The notes under the pieces are model-generated. The model saw only the letters and a list, made by a program, of their open reading frames with translations, searched no databases and had not been told where the DNA came from. Source: Auanema rhodensis (taxonomy: Eukaryota > Animalia > Nematoda). From it: a stretch of DNA of 64,000 nucleotides. Below, in pieces: positions 52,201 through 64,000 of this stretch. Numbering within the stretch: the first letter of the stretch is position 1; every line of letters begins with the position of its first letter. The position numbers and the translations under genes were made by a program. The stretch covers positions 558,001-622,000 of the forward strand of contig OZ059897.1 in the NCBI GenBank assembly GCA_964057225.1, read 5' to 3'.

Positions 52201-55200
52201 ACTATACTACATTAAGAAAAGCTTAATACAAAAATTAGTTATGATCGTTTGAAAAATGATGCATTAGTGTATGTTGAGTTTCCATGTACACTCAACATTG
52301 CTTCCAAAAACATTTTGACAAAAATTTTTTCGAAAAATTTCAAAATAATTTAGCGAAAAGTAGATGTTTTTAGATTCCTTTTTTCGAGGCAAAAACGATG
52401 GACAATGTTATTCAACGAAAAAATTAATTCTTCAGGGTGAAAATCAAGGATATAGGTGTGAACTTATATCAGTTGATATCTCGCTGCATTTTTCAGCTAG
52501 CGCAAATCTGATAACACAGATCGACGCAGCTTAAAAATCCGCATCGAATGCACTATACTACATTGAGAAACGCTTAATACAAAAATTAGTTATGATCGTT
52601 TGAAAAATGATGCATTAGTGTATGTTGAGTTTCCATGTACACTCAAAATTGCTTCCAAAAACATTTTGACAAAAATTTTTTCGAAAAATTTCAAAATAAT
52701 TTAGCGAAAAGTAGATGTTTTTAGATTCCTTTTTTCGAGGCAAAAACGATGGACAATGTTATTCAACGAAAAAATTAATTCTTCAGGGTGAAAATCGAGG
52801 ATATAAGTGTGAACTTATATCAGTTGATATCTCGGTGCATTTTTAAGCTAGCGGAAATCTGATAACACAGATCGACGCAGCTTAAAAATCCGCATCGAAT
52901 GCACTATACTACATTGAGAAACGCTTAATACCAAAATTAGTTATGATCGTTTGAAAAATGATGCATTAGTGTATGTTGAGTTTCCATGTACACTCAAAAT
53001 TGCTTCCAAAAACATTTTGACAAAAATTTTTTCAAAAAATTTCAAAATAATTTAGCGAAAAGTAGATGTTTTTAGATTCCTTTTTTCGAGGCAAAAACGA
53101 TGGACAATGTTATTCAACGAAAAAATTAATTCTTCAAGGTGAAAATCGAGGATATAAGTGTGAACTTATATCAGTTGATATCTCGGTGCATTTTTAAGCT
53201 AGCGGAAATCTGATAACACAGATCGACGCAGCTTAAAAATCCGCATCGAATGCACTATACTACATTACGAAAAGCTGAATACAAAAATTAGTTATGATCG
53301 TTTGAAAAATGATGCATTAGTGTATGTTGAGTTTCCATGTACACTCAAAATTGCTTCCAAAAACATTTTGACAAAAATTTTTTCGAAAAATTTCAAAATA
53401 ATTTAGCGAAAAGTAGATGTTTTTAGATTCCTTTTTTCGAGGCAAAAACGATGGACAATGTTATTCAACGAAAAAATTAATTCTTCAGGGTGAAAATCGA
53501 GGATATAAGTGTGAACTTATATCAGTTGATATCTCGGTGCATTTTTCAGCTAGCGCAAATCTGATAACACAGATCGACGCAGCTTAAAAATCCGCATCGA
53601 ATGCACTATACTACATTAAGAAAAGCTTAATACAAAAATTAGTTATGATCGTTTGAAAAATGATGCATTAGTGTATGTTGAGTTTCCATGTACACTCAAC
53701 ATTGCTTCCAAAAACATTTTGACAAAAATTTTTTCGAAAAATTTCAGAATAATTTAGCGAAAAGTAGATGTTTTTAGATTCCTTTTTTCGAGGCAAAAAC
53801 GATGGACAATGTTATTCAACGAAAAAATTAATTCTTCAGGGTGAAAATCAAGGATATAGGTGTGAACTTATATCAGTTGATATCTCGCTGCATTTTTCAG
53901 CTAGCGCAAATCTGATAACACAGATCGACGCAGCTTAAAAATCCGCATCGAATGCACTATACTACATTAAGAAAAGCTTAATACAAAAATTAGTTATGAT
54001 CGTTTGAAAAATGATGCATTAGTGTATGTTGAGTTTCCATGTACACTCAACATTGCTTCCAAAAACATTTTGACAAAAATTTTTTCGAAAAATTTCAAAA
54101 TAATTTAGCGAAAAGTAGATGTTTTTAGATTCCTTTTTTCGAGGCAAAAACGATGGACAATGTTATTCAACGAAAAAATTAATTCTTCAGGGTGAAAATC
54201 GAGGATATAAGTGTGAACTTATATCAGTTGATATCTCGCTGCATTTTTCAGCTAGCGCAAATCTGATAACACAGATCGACGCAGCTTAAAAATCCGCATC
54301 GAATGCACTATACTACATTGAGAAACGCTTAATACAAAAATTAGTTATGATCGTTTGAAAAATGATGCATTAGTGTATGTTGAGTTTCCATGTACACTCA
54401 AAATTGCTTCCAAAAACATTTTGACAAAAATTTTTTCGAAAAATTTCAAAATAATTTAGCGAAAAGTAGATGTTTTTAGATTCCTTTTTTCGAGGCAAAA
54501 ACGATGGACAATGTTATTCAACGAAAAAAGTAATTCTTCAGGGTGAAAATCGAGGATATAAGTGTGAACTTATATCAGTTGATATCTCGGTGCATTTTTA
54601 AGCTAGCGGAAATCTGATAACACAGATCGACGCAGCTTAAAAATCCGCATCGAATGCACTATACTACATTGAGAAACGCTTAATACCAAAATTAGTTATG
54701 ATCGTTTGAAAAATGATGCATTAGTGTATGTTGAGTTTCCATGTACACTCAAAATTGCTTCCAAAAACATTTTGACAAAAATTTTTTCAAAAAATTTCAA
54801 AATAATTTAGCGAAAAGTAGATGTTTTTAGATTCCTTTTTTCGAGGCAAAAACGATGGACAATGTTATTCAACGAAAAAATTAATTCTTCAAGGTGAAAA
54901 TCGAGGATATAAGTGTGAACTTATATCAGTTGATATCTCGGTGCATTTTTAAGCTAGCGGAAATCTGATAACACAGATCGACGCAGCTTAAAAATCCGCA
55001 TCGAATGCACTATACTACATTACGAAAAGCTGAATACAAAAATTAGTTATGATCGTTTGAAAAATGATGCATTAGTGTATGTTGAGTTTCCATGTACACT
55101 CAAAATTGCTTCCAAAAACATTTTGACAAAAATTTTTTCGAAAAATTTCAAAATAATTTAGCGAAAAGTAGATGTTTTTAGATTCCTTTTTTCGAGGCAA

Positions 55201-58200
55201 AAACGATGGACAATGTTATTCAACGAAAAAATTAATTCTTCAGGGTGAAAATCGAGGATATAAGTGTGAACTTATATCAGTTGATATCTCGGTGCATTTT
55301 TCAGCTAGCGCAAATCTGATAACACAGATCGACGCAGCTTAAAAATCCGCATCGAATGCACTATACTACATTAAGAAAAGCTTAATACAAAAATTAGTTA
55401 TGATCGTTTGAAAAATGATGCATTAGTGTATGTTGAGTTTCCATGTACACTCAACATTGCTTCCAAAAACATTTTGACAAAAATTTTTTCGAAAAATTTC
55501 AGAATAATTTAGCGAAAAGTAGATGTTTTTAGATTCCTTTTTTCGAGGCAAAAACGATGGACAATGTTATTCAACGAAAAAATTAATTCTTCAGGGTGAA
55601 AATCAAGGATATAGGTGTGAACTTATATCAGTTGATATCTCGCTGCATTTTTCAGCTAGCGCAAATCTGATAACACAGATCGACGCAGCTTAAAAATCCG
55701 CATCGAATGCACTATACTACATTAAGAAAAGCTTAATACAAAAATTAGTTATGATCGTTTGAAAAATGATGCATTAGTGTATGTTGAGTTTCCATGTACA
55801 CTCAAAATTGCTTCCAAAAACATTTTGACAAAAATTTTTTCGAAAAATTTCAAAATAATTTAGCGAAAAGTATATGTTTTTAGATTCCTTTTTTCAAGGC
55901 AAAAACGATGGATAATGTTATTCAACGAAAAAATTAATTCTTCAGGGTGAAAATCGAGGATATAAGTGTGAACTTATATCAGTTGATATCTCGTTGCATT
56001 TTTAAGCTATCGGAAATCTGATAACACAGATCGACGCAGCTTAAAAATCCGCATCGAATGCACTATACTACATTAAGAAAAGCTTAATACAAAAATTAGT
56101 TATGATCGTTTGAAAAATGATGCATTAGTGTATGTTGAGTTTCCATGTACACTCAAAATTGCTTCCAAAAACATTTTGACAAAAATTTTTTCGAAAAATT
56201 TCAAAATAATTTAGCAAAAAGTAGATGTTTTTAGATTCTTTTTTTCAAGGCAAAAACGATGGACAATGTTATTCAACGAAAAAATTAATTCTTCAGGGTG
56301 AAAATCGAGGATATAGGTGTGAACTTATATCAGTTGATATCTAGGTGCATTTTTAAGCTAGCGCAAATCTGATAACACAGATCGACGCAGCTTAAAAATC
56401 CGCATCGAATGCACTATACTACATTGAGAAACGCTTAATACCAAAATTAGTTATGATCGTTTGAAAAATGATGCATTAGTGTATGTTGAGTTTCCATGTA
56501 CACTCAAAATTGCTTCCAAAAACATTTTGACAAAAATTTTTTCAAAAAATTTCAAAATAATTTAGCGAAAAGTAGATGTTTTTAGATTCCTTTTTTCGAG
56601 GCAAAAACGATGGACAATGTTATTCAACGAAAAAATTAATTCTTCAAGGTGAAAATCGAGGATATAAGTGTGAACTTATATCAGTTGATATCTCGGTGCA
56701 TTTTTAAGCTAGCGGAAATCTGATAACACAGATCGACGCAGCTTAAAAATCCGCATCGAATGCACTATATTACATTACGAAAAGCTGAATACAAAAATTA
56801 GTTATGATCGTTTGAAAAATGATGCATTAGTGTATGTTGAGTTTCCATGTACACTCAAAATTGCTTCCAAAAACATTTTGACAAAAATTTTTTCAAAAAA
56901 TTTCAAAATAATTTAGCGAAAAGTAGATGTTTTTAGATTCCTTTTTTCGAGGCAAAAACGATGGACAATGTTATTCAACGAAAAAATTAATTCTTCAGGG
57001 TGAAAATCGAGGATATAAGTGTGAACTTATATCAGTTGATATCTAGGTGCATTTTTAAGCTAGCGCAAATCTGATAACACAGATCGACGCAGCTTAAAAA
57101 TCCGCATCGAATGCACTATACTACATTGAGAAACGCTTAATACCAAAATTAGTTATGATCGTTTGAAAAATGATGCATTAGTGTATGTTGAGTTTCCATG
57201 TACACTCAAAATTGCTTCCAAAAACATTTTGACAAAAATTTTTTCAAAAAATTTCAAAATAATTTAGCGAAAAGTAGATGTTTTTAGATTCCTTTTTTCG
57301 AGGCAAAAACGATGGACAATGTTATTCAACGAAAAAATTAATTCTTCAAGGTGAAAATCGAGGATATAAGTGTGAACTTATATCAGTTGATATCTCGGTG
57401 CATTTTTAAGCTAGCGGAAATCTGATAACACAGATCGACGCAGCTTAAAAATCCGCATCGAATGCACTATATTACATTACGAAAAGCTGAATACAAAAAT
57501 TAGTTATGATCGTTTGAAAAATGATGCATTAGTGTATGTTGAGTTTCCATGTACACTCAAAATTGCTTCCAAAAACATTTTGACAAAAATTTTTTCGAAA
57601 AATTTCAAAATAATTTAGCGAAAAGTAGATGTTTTTAGATTCCTTTTTTCGAGGCAAAAACGATGGACAATGTTATTCAACGAAAAAATTAATTCTTCAG
57701 GGTGAAAATCGAGGATATAAGTGTGAACTTATATCAGTTGATATCTCGGTGCATTTTTCAGCTAGCGCAAATCTGATAACACAGATCGACGCAGCTTAAA
57801 AATCCGCATCGAATGCACTATACTACATTAAGAAAAGCTTAATACAAAAATTAGTTATGATCGTTTGAAAAATGATGCATTAGTCTATGTTGAGTTTCCA
57901 TGTACACTCAACATTGCTTCCAAAAACATTTTGACAAAAATTTTTTCGAAAAATTTCAGAATAATTTAGCGAAAAGTAGATGTTTTTAGATTCCTTTTTT
58001 CGAGGCAAAAACGATGGACAATGTTATTCAACGAAAAAATTAATTCTTCAGGGTGAAAATCAAGGATATAGGTGTGAACTTATATCAGTTGATATCTCGC
58101 TGCATTTTTCAGCTAGCGCAAATCTGATAACACATATCGACGCAGCTTAAAAATCCGCATCGAATGCACTATACTACATTAAGAAAAGCTTAATACAAAA

Positions 58201-59050
58201 ATTAGTTATGATCGTTTGAAAAATGATGCATTAGTGTATGTTGAGTTTCCATGTACACTCAAAATTGCTTCCAAAAACATTTTGACAAAAATTTTTTCGA
58301 AAAATTTCAAAATAATTTAGCGAAAAGTAGATGTTTTTAGATTCCTTTTTTCAAGGCAAAAACGATGGACAATGTTATTCAACGAAAAAATTAATTCTTC
58401 AGGGTGAAAATCGAGGATATAAGTGTGAACTTATATCAGTTGATATCTCGTTGCATTTTTAAGCTATCGGAAATCTGATAACACAGATCCACGCAGCTTA
58501 AAAATCCGCATCGAATGCACTATACTACATTAAGAAAAGCTTAATACAAAAATTAGTTATGATCGTTTGAAAAATGATGCATTAGTGTATGTTGAGTTTC
58601 CATGTACACTCAAAATTGCTTCCAAAAACATTTTGACAAAAATTTTTTCGAAAAATTTCAAAATAATTTAGCAAAAAGTAGATGTTTTTAGATTCTTTTT
58701 TTCAAGGCAAAAACGATGGACAATGTTATTCAACGAAAAAATTAATTCTTCAGGGTGAAAATCGAGGATATAGGTGTGAACTTATATCAGTTGATATCTA
58801 GGTGCATTTTTAAGCTAGCGCAAATCTGATAACACAGATCGACGCAGCTTAAAAATCCGCATCGAATGCACTATACTACATTGAGAAACGCTTAATACCA
58901 AAATTAGTTATGATCGTTTGAAAAATGATGCATTAGTGTATGTTGAGTTTCCATGTACACTCAAAATTGCTTCCAAAAACATTTTGACAAAAATTTTTTC
59001 AAAAAATTTCAAAATAATTTAGCGAAAAGTAGATGTTTTTAGATTCCTTT
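49200..59050. repeat. Domain I: reshuffled 5-mer HORs with 4-mer and 2-mer irregularities
   Basis: CTTCAAGG at 49978, 51733, 53137, 54892, 56647 and 57349 (5, 4, 5, 5, 2 monomers apart). CATTACG at 53268, 55023, 56778 and 57480. CTATCGG at 49341/51096. Confidence 0.85.
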
Positions 59051-62000
59051 TTTCGAGGCAAAAACGATGGACAATGTTATTCAACGAAAAAATTAATTCT
59101 TCAGGGTGAAAATCAAGGATATAGGTGTGAACTTATATCAGTTGATATCTCGCTGCATTTTTCAGCTAGCGCAAATCTGATAACACAGATCGACGCAGCT
59201 TAAAAATCCGCATCGAATGCACTATACTACATTGAGAAACGCTTAATACAAAAATAAGTTATGATCGTTTGAAAAATGATGCATTAGTGTATGTTGAGTT
59301 TCCATGTACACTCAAAATTGCTTCCAAAAACATTTTGACAAAAATTTTTTCGAAAAATTTCAAAATAATTTAGCAAAAAGTAGATGTTTTTAGATTCCTT
59401 TTTTCGAGGCAAAAACGATGGACAATGTTATTCAACGAAAAAATTAATTCTTCAGGGTGAAAATCGAGGATATAAGTGTGAACTTATATCAGTTGATATC
59501 TCGGTGCATTTTTAAGCTAGCGGAAATCTGATAACACAGATCGACGCAGCTTAACAATCCGCATCGAATGCACTATACTACATTGAGAAACGCTTAATAC
59601 AAAAATAAGTTATGATCGTTTGAAAAATGATGCATTAGTGTATGTTGAGTTTCCATGTACACTCAAAATTGCTTCCAAAAACATTTTGACAAAAATTTTT
59701 TCGAAAAATTTCAAAATAATTTAGCAAAAAGTAGATGTTTTTAGATTCTTTTTTTCAAGGCAAAAACGATGGACAATGTTATTCAACGAAAAAATTAATT
59801 CTTCAGGGTGAAAATCAAGGATATAGGTGTGAACTTATATCAGTTGATATCTCGGTGCATTTTTAAGCTAGCGGAAATCTGATAACACAGATCGACGCAG
59901 CTTAAAAATCCGCATCGAATGCACTATACTACATTAAGAAAAGCTTAATACAAAAATTAGTTATGATCGTTTGAAAAATGATGCATTAGTGTATGTTGAG
60001 TTTCCATGTACACTCAACATTGCTTCCAAAAACATTTTGACAAAAGTTTTTTCGAAAAATTTCAAAATAATTTAGCGAAAAGTAGATGTTTTTAGATTCC
60101 TTTTTTCGAGGCAAAAACGATGGACAATGTTATTCAACGAAAAAATTAATTCTTCAGGGTGAAAATCAAGGATATAGGTGTGAACTTATATCAGTTGATA
60201 TCTCGCTGCATTTTTCAGCTAGCGCAAATCTGATAACACAGATCGACGCAGCTTAAAAATCCGCATCGAATGCACTATACTACATTGAGAAACGCTTAAT
60301 ACAAAAATAAGTTATGATCGTTTGAAAAATGATGCATTAGTGTATGTTGAGTTTCCATGTACACTCAAAATTGCTTCCAAAAACATTTTGACAAAAATTT
60401 TTTCGAAAAATTTCAAAATAATTTAGCAAAAAGTAGATGTTTTTAGATTCTTTTTTTCAAGGCAAAAACGATGGACAATGTTATTCAACGAAAAAATTAA
60501 TTCTTCAGGGTGAAAATCGAGGATATAGGTGTGAACTTATATCAGTTGATATCTAGGTGCATTTTTAAGCTAGCGCAAATCTGATAACACAGATCGACGC
60601 AGCTTAAAAATCAGCATCGAATGCACTATACTACATTAAGAAAAGCTTAATACAAAAATTAGTTATGATCGTTTGAAAAATGATGCATTAGTGTATGTTG
60701 AGTTTCCATGTACACTCAAAATTGCTTCCAAAATCATTTTGACAAAAATTTTTTCGAAAAATTTCAAAATAATTTAGCGAAAAGTAGATGTTTTTAGATT
60801 CCTTTTTTCGAGGCAAAAACGATGGACAATGTTATTCAACGAAAAAATTAATTCTTCAGGGTGAAAATCAAGGATATAGGTGTGAACTTATATCAGTTGA
60901 TATCTCGCTGCATTTTTCAGCTAGCGCAAATCTGATAACACAGATCGACGCAGCTTAAAAATCCGCATCGAATGCACTATACTACATTGAGAAACGCTTA
61001 ATACAAAAATAAGTTATGATCGTTTGAAAAATGATGCATTAGTGTATGTTGAGTTTCCATGTACACTCAAAATTGCTTCCAAAAACATTTTGACAAAAAT
61101 TTTTTCGAAAAATTTCAAAATAATTTAGCAAAAAGTAGATGTTTTTAGATTCCTTTTTTCGAGGCAAAAACGATGGACAATGTTATTCAACGAAAAAATT
61201 AATTCTTCAGGGTGAAAATCGAGGATATAAGTGTGAACTTATATCAGTTGATATCTCGGTGCATTTTTAAGCTAGCGGAAATCTGATAACACAGATCGAC
61301 GCAGCTTAACAATCCGCATCGAATGCACTATACTACATTGAGAAACGCTTAATACCAAAATTAGTTATGATCGTTTGAAAAATGATGCATTAGTGTATGT
61401 TGAGTTTCCATGTACACTCAAAATTGCTTCCAAAAACATTTTGACAAAAATTTTTTCAAAAAATTTCAAAATAATTTAGCGAAAAGTAGATGTTTTTAGA
61501 TTCCTTTTTTCGAGGCAAAAACGATGGACAATGTTATTCAACGAAAAAATTAATTCTTCAGGGTGAAAATCAAGGATATAGGTGTGAACTTATATCAGTT
61601 GATATCTCGGTGCATTTTTAAGCTAGCGGAAATCTGATAACACAGATCGACGCAGCTTAAAAATCCGCATCGAATGCACTATACTACATTAAGAAAAGCT
61701 TAATACAAAAATTAGTTATGATCGTTTGAAAAATGATGCATTAGTGTATGTTGAGTTTCCATGTACACTCAACATTGCTTCCAAAAACATTTTGACAAAA
61801 ATTTTTTCGAAAAATTTCGAAATAATTTAGCGAAAAGTAGATGTTTTTAGATTCCTTTTTTCGAGGCAAAAACGATGGACAATGTTATTCAACGAAAAAA
61901 TTAATTCTTCAGGGTGAAAATCAAGGATATAGGTGTGAACTTATATCAGTTGATATCTCGCTGCATTTTTCAGCTAGCGCAAATCTGATAACACAGATCG

Positions 62001-64000
62001 ACGCAGCTTGAAAATCCGCATCGAATGCACTATACTACATTGAGAAACGCTTAATACAAAAATAAGTTATGATCGTTTGAAAAATGATGCATTAGTGTAT
62101 GTTGAGTTTCCATGTACACTCAAAATTGCTTCCAAAAACATTTTGACAAAAATTTTTTCGAAAAATTTCAAAATAATTTAGCAAAAAGTAGATGTTTTTA
62201 GATTCTTTTTTTCAAGGCAAAAACGATGGACAATGTTATTCAACGAAAAAATTAATTCTTCAGGGTGAAAATCGAGGATATAGGTGTGAACTTATATCAG
62301 TTGATATCTAGGTGCATTTTTAAGCTAGCGCAAATCTGATAACACAGATCGACGCAGCTTAAAAATCAGCATCGAATGCACTATACTACATTAAGAAAAG
62401 CTTAATACAAAAATTAGTTATGATCGTTTGAAAAATGATGCATTAGTGTATGTTGAGTTTCCATGTACACTCAAAATTGCTTCCAAAATCATTTTGACAA
62501 AAATTTTTTCGAAAAATTTCAAAATAATTTAGCGAAAAGTAGATGTTTTTAGATTCCTTTTTTCGAGGCAAAAACGATGGACAATGTTATTCAACGAAAA
62601 AATTAATTCTTCAGGGTGAAAATCAAGGATATAGGTGTGAACTTATATCAGTTGATATCTCGCTGCATTTTTCAGCTAGCGCAAATCTGATAACACAGAT
62701 CGACGCAGCTTAAAAATCCGCATCGAATGCACTATACTACATTGAGAAACGCTTAATACAAAAATAAGTTATGATCGTTTGAAAAATGATGCATTAGTGT
62801 ATGTTGAGTTTCCATGTACACTCAAAATTGCTTCCAAAAACATTTTGACAAAAATTTTTTCGAAAAATTTCAAAATAATTTAGCAAAAAGTAGATGTTTT
62901 TAGATTCCTTTTTTCGAGGCAAAAACGATGGACAATGTTATTCAACGAAAAAATTAATTCTTCAGGGTGAAAATCGAGGATATAAGTGTGAACTTATATC
63001 AGTTGATATCTCGGTGCATTTTTAAGCTAGCGGAAATCTGATAACACAGATCGACGCAGCTTAACAATCCGCATCGAATGCACTATACTACATTGAGAAA
63101 CGCTTAATACCAAAATTAGTTATGATCGTTTGAAAAATGATGCATTAGTGTATGTTGAGTTTCCATGTACACTCAAAATTGCTTCCAAAAACATTTTGAC
63201 AAAAATTTTTTCAAAAAATTTCAAAATAATTTAGCGAAAAGTAGATGTTTTTAGATTCCTTTTTTCGAGGCAAAAACGATGGACAATGTTATTCAACGAA
63301 AAAATTAATTCTTCAGGGTGAAAATCAAGGATATAGGTGTGAACTTATATCAGTTGATATCTCGGTGCATTTTTAAGCTAGCGGAAATCTGATAACACAG
63401 ATCGACGCAGCTTAAAAATCCGCATCGAATGCACTATACTACATTAAGAAAAGCTTAATACAAAAATTAGTTATGATCGTTTGAAAAATGATGCATTAGT
63501 GTATGTTGAGTTTCCATGTACACTCAACATTGCTTCCAAAAACATTTTGACAAAAATTTTTTCGAAAAATTTCAAAATAATTTAGCGAAAAGTAGATGTT
63601 TTTAGATTCCTTTTTTCGAGGCAAAAACGATGGACAATGTTATTCAACGAAAAAATTAATTCTTCAGGGTGAAAATCAAGGATATAGGTGTGAACTTATA
63701 TCAGTTGATATCTCGCTGCATTTTTCAGCTAGCGCAAATCTGATAACACAGATCGACGCAGCTTGAAAATCCGCATCGAATGCACTATACTACATTGAGA
63801 AACGCTTAATACAAAAATAAGTTATGATCGTTTGAAAAATGATGCATTAGTGTATGTTGAGTTTCCATGTACACTCAAAATTGCTTCCAAAAACATTTTG
63901 ACAAAAATTTTTTCGAAAAATTTCAAAATAATTTAGCAAAAAGTAGATGTTTTTAGATTCTTTTTTTCAAGGCAAAAACGATGGACAATGTTATTCAACG
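59050..64000. repeat. Domain J: a third 5-monomer HOR, about 2.8 copies
   Basis: TTAACAATCC at 59555, 61310 and 63065. AATCAGCATC at 60613/62368, CCAAAATCAT at 60734/62489 and GCTTGAAAAT at 62010/63765, all +1755. Confidence 0.92.

Larger units (their letters stand above)
1..64000. repeat. Tandem satellite DNA array, 351-bp monomer, 182 full copies plus 110-bp partial, single orientation; array continues beyond both window ends
   Basis: AAACATTTTG at 1, 352, 3511 (1+10x351), 17551 (1+50x351) and 63891 (1+182x351+8). Monomers differ only by scattered substitutions and six homopolymer insertions. No unique sequence seen. Confidence 0.99.

Noticed and set aside
1-64000. CRISPR array or other repeat-spacer system
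   Set aside because: Units are contiguous 351-bp near-identical copies with no unique spacers, leader or cas genes.
1-64000. tRNA/5S/snRNA tandem gene cluster, transposon insertion or inversion
   Set aside because: No cloverleaf, Pol III boxes or recognisable RNA gene sequence. The phase arithmetic (net +8 bp) leaves no room for inserted elements, and the orientation never flips.

Overview
The whole 64-kb window is one uninterrupted, head-to-tail array of an AT-rich satellite DNA (about 31% GC by hand count of monomer 1). The monomer is 351 bp: AAACATTTTG recurs at 1, 352, 3511, 17551 ... 63891, giving 182 complete monomers plus a 110-bp partial one, all in the same orientation. The phase drifts by only +8 bp over the window, explained by six small homopolymer insertions. 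I see no genes, RNA genes, transposon insertions, inversions or CRISPR spacers, and the ORF track consists of fragments of the repeat. This looks like eukaryotic centromeric or pericentromeric heterochromatin, plausibly from an invertebrate; I cannot assign a species or a named satellite family. The information lies in the variants. Diagnostic SNPs split the array into successive subfamily domains, each with its own short-lived higher-order repeat (HOR) period: 9 and 2; 8/8/5; 10=6+4; 6 then 4; 7=4+3; 3; 6; then mostly 5 from about 44 kb to the end. The monomer holds several dyads, including a perfect 9-bp stem with a GTGA (GNRA-type) loop. One divergent monomer type carries private substitutions that together open an 84-codon ORF. 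I found no well-supported new protein-based system. Domain boundaries are approximate (plus or minus one monomer) and all counts were done by eye.
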